Below are positions 56,211-64,000 of a stretch of DNA of 64,000 nucleotides, in pieces (the stretch's first letter is position 1; each line of letters starts with the position of its first letter). A program made the position numbers and the translations under genes. The stretch lies in the IMG/VR virus record IMGVR_UViG_3300003323_000328, positions 27,913 through 91,912 of that record. One strand, given 5' to 3'. The stretch is from a virus. The notes beneath the pieces are model-generated. The model saw only the letters and a program-made list of their open reading frames with translations. It made no database searches and had not been told where the DNA came from.

Positions 56211-56746
56211 TATTTTTCCAGTTCTTTACGTTCTTCCTCTACATTTCTATTAATAGCTTGCTCATCACTATAAGTGGCATTCTTATATCTAATTTTATGT
56301 AACTTATTAATATTTCTTTCCCACGCTGCTTCTATATCTACCTTTCTTTGAACATTGGGATTTTCATAAAAATTACAGATAATATCAAATAATACATTAG
56401 CTTTTTCTATTTCTTGTTCCCTATTAATTTCTTTACCATATACAAGAAACTTTTTAAGAATATCAGATAACTGACTAGCTTCATATACTAAAGAATTATA
56501 AGTATAACCACCTTCAAAAGTGGTACGAACTGGTGTAATCTTTCTAATTACAGTATAATTAGCAAAATACCATGAAAAATCTCCAAGTTCTTCAGCTATA
56601 TTAACAGAATCTTGATTAGTAAGAGCATCAGCTAATTCATTAAGTTCTGAAAACATTCCAATAATCATGTGAACACAATCCATTTGTTCACTACCTAAAG
56701 GCTTAATAGTTTTAGGTGCCTCAATTACATATTCTTCAAATTTCAT
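56210..56746 (-). CDS. MazG-like nucleoside triphosphate pyrophosphohydrolase
   Basis: GMFSELNELAD, AEELGDFSWY, NINKLHKIRY; tandem degenerate second helical unit. Confidence 0.8.
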   Translation of the reverse strand: MKFEEYVIEAPKTIKPLGSEQMDCVHMIIGMFSELNELADALTNQDSVNIAEELGDFSWYFANYTVIRKITPVRTTFEGGYTYNSLVYEASQLSDILKKFLVYGKEINREQEIEKANVLFDIICNFYENPNVQRKVDIEAAWERNINKLHKIRYKNATYSDEQAINRNVEEERKELEK

Positions 56747-56750
56747 ATTA

Positions 56751-57092
56751 TTATTTATTATAAGTTCCTAAAACTCCTCTACTTTCTCTGTTATTTTTAC
56801 GTTCTTCTATTAGATCGCTTATAGCATCAAGATGTTCAATCATTTTAGTAGTAAAAGGATTTTTTAAATCTCCTATATTATTGTCATCTAAATACATTTT
56901 AACTACCTCTATTAAACTTTCAGTAACTAAACCTTCTTGTCTAAATTGAGTAGTATCAGCTTTATTACCTTTAACAAAGCGGATAATTTCTACTCCACAA
57001 AACTCAAGTCCTTTTTCAGTTACCTTATATTTAGGTACTTCATAACTAGCCTTAGGATTTAAGACTTCAATTTCTGTTGGTTTTCTCATCAT
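56751..57092 (-). CDS. Tad1-like anti-defence signalling-molecule sponge (divergent)
   Basis: IRFVKG...QEGLVTESLIEVV...EHLD...ERKNNRESRGVLGTY matches my recollection of Tad1 (IKFQKG...HGVIDSDLLEIV...THVE...RRVEDRIERNVLGT). Confidence 0.65.
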   Translation of the reverse strand: MMRKPTEIEVLNPKASYEVPKYKVTEKGLEFCGVEIIRFVKGNKADTTQFRQEGLVTESLIEVVKMYLDDNNIGDLKNPFTTKMIEHLDAISDLIEERKNNRESRGVLGTYNK

Positions 57093-57334
57093 TATTTTTT
57101 CGTTTTAGTTATTAAATTAAGTTCCTCTAGTTGCTCTACTATTTTACTCATAGGAGTAGTTAGTTCTCTAAATAAATTATCCCCGTCTTTATCTACTTCT
57201 TTATATACAAGTTCTATATATTCTAAAGGAGTTCCTTTATTAATAATAGCAAAATGTTCTATAGTATCAAGATTAATTAGAACAGGAATAGAAGTATTAT
57301 CTTTACCTTTAAAAGATACTTTTATAAAGCTCAT
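57092..57334 (-). CDS. hypothetical protein
   Basis: FIKV...PVLINLDTIEH pattern of small phage proteins; coupled. Confidence 0.7.
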   Translation of the reverse strand: MSFIKVSFKGKDNTSIPVLINLDTIEHFAIINKGTPLEYIELVYKEVDKDGDNLFRELTTPMSKIVEQLEELNLITKTKK

Positions 57335-57426
57335 TAAAAGATCATTATTGTTGCTACTATTACTATTACAAAAAGCACTATAACTCCAATAGGAGTTAAG
57401 TTACCAATTAATTTCTTTTCTTCCAT
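57334..57426 (-). CDS. 30-aa single-TM microprotein (not in ORF track)
   Basis: MEEKKLIGNLTPIGVIVLFVIVIVATIMIF*; starts inside the ung 3' end; its TAA overlaps the next ATG (TAATG). Confidence 0.65.
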   Translation of the reverse strand: MEEKKLIGNLTPIGVIVLFVIVIVATIMIF

Positions 57427-57943
57427 GTTGTTTTAAAAAATTGTTTGTTTTACTAAAATATTTACCACCACTAAAAGTTTTAGGATAATCAGGAATTACC
57501 ATACCGAATTGATCTCTATTATAAAGATCAGCAGCAGGATGTTTACCTTTTAAAACTAAATGATTATTAGTCTCAACTTTAGTTTTATTATAAACAGTTA
57601 CTACATCATTAAAAAGACTTTGAGATTCATTACCCCATAATATAAATACTTTAGGTAAATGATCATCCCACAACTCATATACGATTTTTTTAACTATACG
57701 TTCCCAACCTATTATTTCTTTATGTGAATTAGGTTTGCCTTTGCGTACAGTTAAACAACTATTTAATAGTAATACTCCTTGTTTAGCCCAATGTTCAAGA
57801 CTAAAATCATAATCTAATTTTAGTCCATTATAAAGATCATTTTCAACTTCTTTATATATAATATCTAAAGATTTACCATAAGGTTTAGTAGCTCCATTGA
57901 GGTAACCAAAAGCTAGTCCATTAGCAGTACCGTCATTATAAGG
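57401..57943 (-). CDS. ung: uracil-DNA glycosylase, exon 2
   Basis: PYN...ANGLAF, LEHWAKQGVLLLNSCLTV, SH...GWE, FILWG, HP, F...N..L...I.W family-1 UNG motifs. Confidence 0.92.
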   Translation of the reverse strand, partial: PYNDGTANGLAFGYLNGATKPYGKSLDIIYKEVENDLYNGLKLDYDFSLEHWAKQGVLLLNSCLTVRKGKPNSHKEIIGWERIVKKIVYELWDDHLPKVFILWGNESQSLFNDVVTVYNKTKVETNNHLVLKGKHPAADLYNRDQFGMVIPDYPKTFSGGKYFSKTNNFLKQHGRKEINW

Positions 57944-58819
57944 CAATTTTGTTATCGTATAAATTCTTTATTTTATACTTCTAATACTTTATCATCGTAT
58001 TAGTTCAGACTATATCATCACTTATATTAAGTGTTGGACGCTCGTGTTGAGTTTATTGCTTCGCTTGCTCACTCATTAGTCGTTGAACGTTCATGGTACT
58101 TTTCCAGCGTTCCCATGCTTCGCTGCTGATTGCCCTTAATTCCAGATGGGTTTCCAGCAATTCATCCAATTTATACAGGACTCCTTCATAGATAAAAATC
58201 ATATTTTTATACACAAAAGACTTCATATAATTTCCTCTAGCTGCTGCAGCTAAACTGATAGCACTTAAATTAAGTGTTTGTGCAGCATCTTTAGCAGAAA
58301 TATATTTTTTAATAAACTTACCAGAAATAGAAAATTGATATACAGTCTTATTTAATCTTTCGGCAGTCATTTGAGTTGTTTTAATTTTTTCAAGCATTGT
58401 TGCTCTATAGATAGGGTCTTTCCATTTTTCTTTTCTAATTGCACTCATCTTATCTTTGAAATCTTGAGTACTAGAACTACCTTCTCTAATAGCTCCAAAT
58501 TGATTAACTATTTTAAAACTATTATCAAGTTTATAAATATTTATCCAATGTTGCTCTCTTTCTATATAATTATCACAAACTTCAATAACTTCAAAAGTTA
58601 TATAATCTCCATTAATAAAAGCATCAATAATTGATTTACACCCTTTACCTATTAAATTATTTTTAATATTATAAAGATGTACTGCCTTTCTTTTACTTAG
58701 GTTATTAGTAGAACCTATATAAATAAGACGTTGATTATGTGCTTTTAGAGCGTATACTCCGGGTAAATTTGGAACTTTCATGTCCAAAAATAATTAATTT
58801 AACCAAAAATAAAAATTTA
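57944..58819 (-). mobile_element. group I self-splicing intron (IA-like) in ung, 876 nt
   Basis: 5' exon ends in U; intron ends in G; IGS GUCCUGU pairs with exon ACAGGAU giving the U.G; P AAUUGCUGGAAA, Q AAUCAGCAG, R GUUCAACGACUA, S GAUAUAGUC; P3, P7 and P8 pair; splicing restores GQD-PY. Confidence 0.93.
58053..58781 (-). CDS. intron-encoded GIY-YIG homing endonuclease
   Basis: PGVYAL...IYIGST, EREQHWI, NUMOD1-like VYQFSISGKFIKKYISAKDAA; ATG 58781 (TTG 58787 alternative). Confidence 0.88.
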   Translation of the reverse strand: MKVPNLPGVYALKAHNQRLIYIGSTNNLSKRKAVHLYNIKNNLIGKGCKSIIDAFINGDYITFEVIEVCDNYIEREQHWINIYKLDNSFKIVNQFGAIREGSSSTQDFKDKMSAIRKEKWKDPIYRATMLEKIKTTQMTAERLNKTVYQFSISGKFIKKYISAKDAAQTLNLSAISLAAAARGNYMKSFVYKNMIFIYEGVLYKLDELLETHLELRAISSEAWERWKSTMNVQRLMSEQAKQ

Positions 58820-59431
58820 ATCCTGTCCAATTATTACTACTTTAGTATGATCAAAAGTACAAAGTTTTAATGCTCTAAATACTCTTTCAGGAGAAGGATA
58901 GATAGTATAAACTTTTCTTTCAGCTTGTACTCTAGCCCTTATACCTTTCATTAAATCACTTGTAAAAACTTTTTCTAGTAGCTCATACCAATTAGTACCA
59001 ACTTTATTCATCCAAGTAAATCCATCTGGATTAATAGATCGCATTCCTTTATGACGTCTATCCCAATGGTATAAAGGAACATATACTTTTAGTTCAGTTG
59101 TATCCTCAAAATGAAAGAATTGTCCAAACTCTAAAGCTCTTTGTTTAGTGATTACATAATCATGAGTTCTAGTCTCATAATGTATATCATCTACATTTTG
59201 TAAGATAGTGTAATTAATACTCCAAGCATTAGTTTTTCTGAATATATTCTTTTCATCTTCAAACTTAGTATATAAAATATTATTTTGACCCAAAAGTATA
59301 TGCCCAATACACCTAATCTCCCCATCAATATCAATAAAAACTCTACCACCTTCTTCTGGCTTATATATAATCTGTCTGCCATTTTTATCGGTATAATTAA
59401 GAAGCTTTTGTAACTTTTCCTCTACGCTCAT
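58820..59431 (-). CDS. ung: uracil-DNA glycosylase exon 1, fused to an unknown ~125-aa N-terminal domain
   Basis: W..LL...F, IYPSPERVFRAL, TKVVIIGQD ending exactly at the splice site; spliced product 384 aa. Confidence 0.9.
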
Positions 59432-59693
59432 ATCTTAATTTTATTTCACTAAGAGGAACAGTTTGATCAACATTACGAATAGATAGTTTATCATATCCTA
59501 ATTCTTTGGCATGTTTAACAACAAGATCATATTCTTTATGAAGTCCTTTATTATAAACAGCATATAAAAGTAATCCAGCTATATTCTGTAAAAAAGTTTT
59601 ATCTTCCTCATCATTAGCTAATTTGCTAACACTAGCTTTTCTTTTTAGTTGTTTATATTCCGATTCAGGTATTAATATCATTCTTTCAGACAT
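59397..59693 (-). CDS. hypothetical protein
   Basis: overlapping operon arrangement. Confidence 0.7.
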   Translation of the reverse strand: MSERMILIPESEYKQLKRKASVSKLANDEEDKTFLQNIAGLLLYAVYNKGLHKEYDLVVKHAKELGYDKLSIRNVDQTVPLSEIKLRYERRGKVTKAS

Positions 59694-59908
59694 AATAATT
59701 CATTTAAACGTTCAATTAAATTATATAACACTCCTACAGCAGATTCAATAAGTTCTATTATTCTTTGATGATCATAAAAACTATATAAAGAACTTTTAAT
59801 TTCTTTCATAGAAACTTCAAAATTTAATATATTCCATTTATGTTGAATGTAATCTACTTGTTTAGGAAGTCTTCTTAAAATAATAGCAATTTCTTCATTG
59901 GTTGTCAT
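59678..59908 (-). CDS. hypothetical protein
   Basis: ATGA-coupled. Confidence 0.65.
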   Translation of the reverse strand: MTTNEEIAIILRRLPKQVDYIQHKWNILNFEVSMKEIKSSLYSFYDHQRIIELIESAVGVLYNLIERLNELLCLKE

Positions 59909-60225
59909 AAACTATCAATAATACTTTTAGCTCTATGTAAATCATATCCTGTACGTTCTTTAAGAATTTTTACTGCTTGTAATTTATGTTGTCTTTCTAA
60001 AGCATCTAAAATTTCTCCCATAACTACTTTATTTAAGTTTGTTTTACTATACAATAGATTCTCTCTATGCTGTCTAATATTAAAATGATTTGTTTTTAAA
60101 CTATTATTAATAGTATCTAAAGTAGTTATAAGCTTATGTAGAGATTCAGTAGAAGCTGGAGTATTTAAATACTCCATTATTACTTCTAACGCTTTAAATT
60201 GATCACTTAATTTTAATTCTTCCAT
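59905..60225 (-). CDS. protein with ribosomal L7/L12 C-terminal-like domain
   Basis: KLQAVKILKERTGYDLHRAKSIID resembles KI.AIK..R..TGLGLKEAK..VE. Confidence 0.6.
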   Translation of the reverse strand: MEELKLSDQFKALEVIMEYLNTPASTESLHKLITTLDTINNSLKTNHFNIRQHRENLLYSKTNLNKVVMGEILDALERQHKLQAVKILKERTGYDLHRAKSIIDSL

Positions 60226-60227
60226 AA

Positions 60228-61226
60228 TTATAAACCTAAGTATTCTCTATATTGTATCCACCCATTAGTAAAATTTCTACTACTTTTGCTCATACTATCT
60301 GCCAAAGCACAATGTTCAAAAGGTGAAGCATGAACAGGAACAGCTTTTTGTAGTTCTTCTGCTTTTTCTACATATTTATTAAAGGTCCAAGGTTTTTGAT
60401 CTTCCCCAACAATAGTATATGAAGTTCTAGCAGCTATCATACTTGATGCTTTTAATTTATAAGAAGTAGACCAAGTATGATTATCAGTTCCTTCTATTTC
60501 TTCTTCATATAAATCGTTATTATAATTTCCATCAGCCTTCATTAAATCAACTATTTCTTTATTATATGGAATATGCCATTCACCATCTTTAAGTTGATTA
60601 GGAGTAGATTCATTATAAGCATCCCACATAGCTTCTGCAAGAGCCATTATGTGAATTTCAGCTTGACCTTCATTAATTTCCAACCACTCAACAGTATTTT
60701 GTGGTACATCTAGAGGTATTTCTTCTTCTGTATGTATATGTAACCAATCTTTTTTACTTCTATATCTTTCAGTACCTAATACATAACTAGGACAACGTAA
60801 AGCAAAGAAATTTTCCCATTCTGTAGCAGTTACAATGACAGTTTGCCACATAAAAGGTTCAAGAAGTCTATTACAAAGTTGCTTAGTAACTATTAATTGT
60901 GCTAATTCTTTAGCTTTGCTAAAAGCTACCCATTTAGCTTCCAGCCATTTAGTTCTTGCCTTAATATCATCATCTCCTTGTAAATATTCAATACCTTGCA
61001 TTCCTTTATGATCTTTTTGAAAAGCTATAGGTACAAAAGGATTAGACTCAACTGCTTTTAACATTTTTTCAAATGGTATAGCTCTACTACTAGCACTATT
61101 TCGACTAAATGCTCTATGCGTATTAAATTCAGCCAAGATAATACGAGGAAATGTAACTACCATAGTAGTAATACGATCTCCAATATTATTAAGACTATCG
61201 GCAATAACTTTAGCTTCTATTATCAT
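60228..61226 (-). CDS. thyX: flavin-dependent thymidylate synthase (phage ThyX/Thy1-like)
   Basis: AEFNTHRAFSRNSASSRAIP, KQLCNRLLEPF, NFFALR, HASPFEH. Confidence 0.85.
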   Translation of the reverse strand: MIIEAKVIADSLNNIGDRITTMVVTFPRIILAEFNTHRAFSRNSASSRAIPFEKMLKAVESNPFVPIAFQKDHKGMQGIEYLQGDDDIKARTKWLEAKWVAFSKAKELAQLIVTKQLCNRLLEPFMWQTVIVTATEWENFFALRCPSYVLGTERYRSKKDWLHIHTEEEIPLDVPQNTVEWLEINEGQAEIHIMALAEAMWDAYNESTPNQLKDGEWHIPYNKEIVDLMKADGNYNNDLYEEEIEGTDNHTWSTSYKLKASSMIAARTSYTIVGEDQKPWTFNKYVEKAEELQKAVPVHASPFEHCALADSMSKSSRNFTNGWIQYREYLGL

Positions 61227-61228
61227 AT

Positions 61229-61849
61229 TTAATCTATTGTTTCGTAATATAATAAGGTCGGATTGTTTTTATGTATCTCTATATTTGGATATTCTGCTGT
61301 AAAAGCTTGTAGATTAAAAGGATTACTGATAATATGATAACCATTTTTAGTAGGTAAAACAGTTAAAATTTCATACTCTTTATTAAGTACTTTCTTGTGT
61401 TGAAGATTAATAAAGTGTCCTACTTTATTTACTGTTATCCTATCTTTAGTATCAATATCAATAATCCAACGTTTATCAACTTCAGAATGGTAATTACCAC
61501 ATACAGAATCATAAGATTTTCTTATATTATAAAAATCTTTATTCATCATTTGATTAGCCACTTTTTGTAGTAACTGAAAAGCAGTTTTCTCAAAACTTCT
61601 AGGATTAAGATTAATACCTACTCTTGCATTAAATATCTTAGATAACTCAATCATTTCTTTTTTATAAAGATTAAGTTTATCTACACTATTTATATAGTAG
61701 GCTTTAATAAGCCTACTATTGTTATTGCTTCCTCCAACTTGTCCATCAGTATGATCCTTTTTTCTTTGTAGTATTTGTACAAAATAAAAATTATCATTAC
61801 TAGGAAATTCCAGTAGAGGAATAATAAGATCAAAATTATCTATTATCAT
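61229..61849 (-). CDS. conserved protein with AEP/Prim-Pol-like motifs
   Basis: WIIDID and PTKNGYHII motifs. Confidence 0.5.
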   Translation of the reverse strand: MIIDNFDLIIPLLEFPSNDNFYFVQILQRKKDHTDGQVGGSNNNSRLIKAYYINSVDKLNLYKKEMIELSKIFNARVGINLNPRSFEKTAFQLLQKVANQMMNKDFYNIRKSYDSVCGNYHSEVDKRWIIDIDTKDRITVNKVGHFINLQHKKVLNKEYEILTVLPTKNGYHIISNPFNLQAFTAEYPNIEIHKNNPTLLYYETID

Positions 61850-61851
61850 TA

Positions 61852-62094
61852 TTAACTTATTTGTAAAGGAGGACTAACAAGATATTCACTATTCCATGCA
61901 GAGTCTAATACATCTTCTAAAGTTTCTTTATCTATCTCATTCCACCAATCATTTAGATCGCTTTCATAATTATTTTCTTTATAAAGACAAATAAAAGCTT
62001 CTCTACAAGCTTCTATTTCATTAGAAGCTTGTACTTTATAAAGTTTGTTATGATTATCAAACATATTTGCTATTCCTACTACGTATGTATTCAT
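61852..62094 (-). CDS. hypothetical protein
   Basis: acidic, 80 aa, coupled. Confidence 0.7.
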   Translation of the reverse strand: MNTYVVGIANMFDNHNKLYKVQASNEIEACREAFICLYKENNYESDLNDWWNEIDKETLEDVLDSAWNSEYLVSPPLQIS

Positions 62095-62339
62095 TCTAAT
62101 ATTGCTTTAATTTTCTTATATCCATTTTCTTTATAATACTCATATCTAATAGAAGCTTTACCTCTTAATACACAATGAGGATTTCTTTTCCTTTCATAAG
62201 TATTAACAGTAGTTCTAATAGAAACAGAATCAACTATAACTTGTTTTCCTTTAATTTGGATACACCATTTAATTCTTTTATATTTTCTTAAGTAGTGTTT
62301 CCAAAAAAACATCCAAAAGATTTTCCTTTTCTTTGTCAT
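62091..62339 (-). CDS. hypothetical basic protein
   Basis: coupled on both sides. Confidence 0.7.
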   Translation of the reverse strand: MTKKRKIFWMFFWKHYLRKYKRIKWCIQIKGKQVIVDSVSIRTTVNTYERKRNPHCVLRGKASIRYEYYKENGYKKIKAILE

Positions 62340-62701
62340 TAGGTAAAATCTAAATGATCTGTAGCTTCTACTTCATTAATAGGAGTACTAACGGATTGTT
62401 TATCTACAATAATTCCTTGAAGTAATACAAGATAATTAATCATATCCTTAATACGTTCTGAAATAGGTTCACTTTCAGATTGTCCTTCAGTTTTTACATA
62501 ATTAGTAATAGCCTGATAGTGTTTATTCATAAAAACCCAACACACTTTTTCAGGAGGAATATTAAGAGCTTTTCCACCTTCTTTAAAGTTAGAAAGAGCA
62601 TCTTCACTACCTTTAGTATAATCAGCTCCTTTTGCTTTAGCTATTTCTTCTGCAGAAGAAAATGTCTTCTGCATCAATTCATAAAATTCTTTATTAGTCA
62701 T
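62339..62701 (-). CDS. nucleotide-modification-associated domain (Nmad1/DUF1599-like) protein
   Basis: KGADY...DALSNF...KH...EPISERIKDMINYLVLL. Confidence 0.65.
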   Translation of the reverse strand: MTNKEFYELMQKTFSSAEEIAKAKGADYTKGSEDALSNFKEGGKALNIPPEKVCWVFMNKHYQAITNYVKTEGQSESEPISERIKDMINYLVLLQGIIVDKQSVSTPINEVEATDHLDFT

Positions 62702-63881
62702 TAGTAGGTTTGTTAAATTTTAAAAATCCTTTATTAACTCTTTCTTCTAAAGAATAAGTATATTCTTTGTTATATATGTGCCAAGCTAACCTAGATAAAA
62801 GTTCTCTACATTCTACAGAGCCTTTATTAAGCCATTCTTCACTAACTTCATAAGGAGCAGTAAGAAAGTTACCAAATGTTTCTACAGGAATAACATTAAC
62901 TTTAAGTGTATATTCTGAAAAAATCTTATCTGGAAACACAGCTTTAAACCAAAAACTTATAGCTCTTTTATAAAAAGCCATTTGCCGATAGGTTCTGTAA
63001 AATTCAAAAGACTTTTGATAAGTATAAATAGAATGACCAGTTGATTTTAAATCATTATAAGTAATTACTTTAGTTCTGTGATTAATATGAAGATTATCAA
63101 GAAGAGCTTTACATGGAATAGTAACTACTGCGCCTCCAACAAAAGGTATTTTTATCTTCTCAGACCAAAATATGGGGAGTTCTTTAAATCTTTGACATTC
63201 TGTATCAACAACTAATCCATCAATATCATCAGTTTTAAGCCCTAAAAGAACACTTACCACAGGATGAAGAGTAATAGCAGTAATAGCTCCTACAACTTTC
63301 TCCTTAGTTTCAGCATTAATAACATGCTTATTAGAAGCTTGTTCTAAAAAAGTTAAGTACTTTAACGCTGAGTCTTCTGTAATTATATTAGAAAGAACTT
63401 TTAATTCTCCATAACTAGTATAAGAATTAGTTTCTATTCTACTAGCTCTAAAAACTCTAATAGTATCCTCTATATTTAAATTAAGGATACTAGCTAGTTT
63501 TTCAAAATAAAGTTTAATTTCAGCTATTTCAGCATCTCTTGTAGAAACTGTTTTAGTTTTACTAGTAATAGCAGTATTTACTGTATCTAAAGAATTTAAA
63601 GAAAGATGAGACTTGTTCAATATTACTCTCTCTAGAAGCCGACTCATCATTTCCGTAGGCTTATCAAAATCTTCTATTGCAAAATTATCAGGATCTTCTT
63701 GATAACTATGAATAAGTTTACCATTATTAAGAGAAGTTTTTATCTTAACTTCTTCTCTATCGGCAAAAAACTGTTTAAATTTAATAATACTGCCACCTGT
63801 AGTTGGATCAAGACTAACTAAAGAACTGCTAGATACTACAGGTTCATCTGGTGTTCCTATTTCATAATAGTTTAAAGACAT
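62694..63881 (-). CDS. PD-(D/E)XK exonuclease (RecE/ExoVIII-like)
   Basis: VSSSSL, GKLIH, KELPIFW, CKALLD, DLKST, YRQMAFY. Confidence 0.8.
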   Translation of the reverse strand: MSLNYYEIGTPDEPVVSSSSLVSLDPTTGGSIIKFKQFFADREEVKIKTSLNNGKLIHSYQEDPDNFAIEDFDKPTEMMSRLLERVILNKSHLSLNSLDTVNTAITSKTKTVSTRDAEIAEIKLYFEKLASILNLNIEDTIRVFRASRIETNSYTSYGELKVLSNIITEDSALKYLTFLEQASNKHVINAETKEKVVGAITAITLHPVVSVLLGLKTDDIDGLVVDTECQRFKELPIFWSEKIKIPFVGGAVVTIPCKALLDNLHINHRTKVITYNDLKSTGHSIYTYQKSFEFYRTYRQMAFYKRAISFWFKAVFPDKIFSEYTLKVNVIPVETFGNFLTAPYEVSEEWLNKGSVECRELLSRLAWHIYNKEYTYSLEERVNKGFLKFNKPTND

Positions 63882-64000
63882 AGTAAGTTTAGATTAATTA
63901 CTAATTTTTTAAGTTTATTATAACAAAATTCTTCTAAATCTTCATAACTTTTAGTTTCATCATTATATTTCCTATCTTCTTCACCACTACACCAAAGTGG
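63872..64000 (-). CDS. 3' end of a gene truncated by the window edge
   Basis: open frame PLWCSGEEDRKY...NLNLLCL* overlapping the next start. Confidence 0.6.
   Translation of the reverse strand, partial: PLWCSGEEDRKYNDETKSYEDLEEFCYNKLKKLVINLNLLCL

Noticed and set aside
58817-58819. ung as a pseudogene or two separate genes
   Set aside because: The stop codon is the first triplet of a group I intron; splicing restores the frame and the catalytic motif
1-64000. Stop-codon reassignment, as in some crAss-like phages
   Set aside because: Genes up to 10.8 kb are uninterrupted in the standard code; TAG ends the RNAP and GIY-YIG genes and TGA ends MCP, directly before terminators or intergenic sequence

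Overview
A 64-kb, AT-rich (~30% GC by eye) segment of a crAss-like (Crassvirales-type) phage genome in the standard genetic code. The host is probably Bacteroidota, judging from TAnnTTTG promoter boxes. Layout: leftward small genes (1-1363); a free-standing GIY-YIG endonuclease and a GC-rich, promoter-dense non-coding island (1400-2600); a long rightward operon (2673-56016); and a convergent leftward block of nucleotide-metabolism and counter-defence genes (56013-64000). The rightward operon carries a C39-like peptidase, a J-domain protein, HU/IHF-like proteins, TerL, portal, MCP, ring and muzzle proteins, cargo/ejection proteins, a 3595-aa virion RNA polymerase polyprotein, tail fibres and a lysis cassette. 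The leftward block carries MazG-like, Tad1-like, UNG, ThyX, AEP-like, Nmad1-like and PD-(D/E)XK genes. Highlights: (1) a fully traceable group I intron splits the catalytic GQD^PY motif of an N-terminally extended uracil-DNA glycosylase, with a GIY-YIG ORF in L1 that runs through the ribozyme core; (2) five Y-[QE]-[MF]-G-G motifs divide two cargo proteins into modules, and the same operon encodes a C39-like (double-glycine-type) peptidase, a candidate virion cargo-processing system; (3) a dual-coded stretch in the lysis cassette; (4) a divergent Tad1-like sponge; (5) candidate ncRNAs. All family assignments come from motif recognition by eye, not from database searches.
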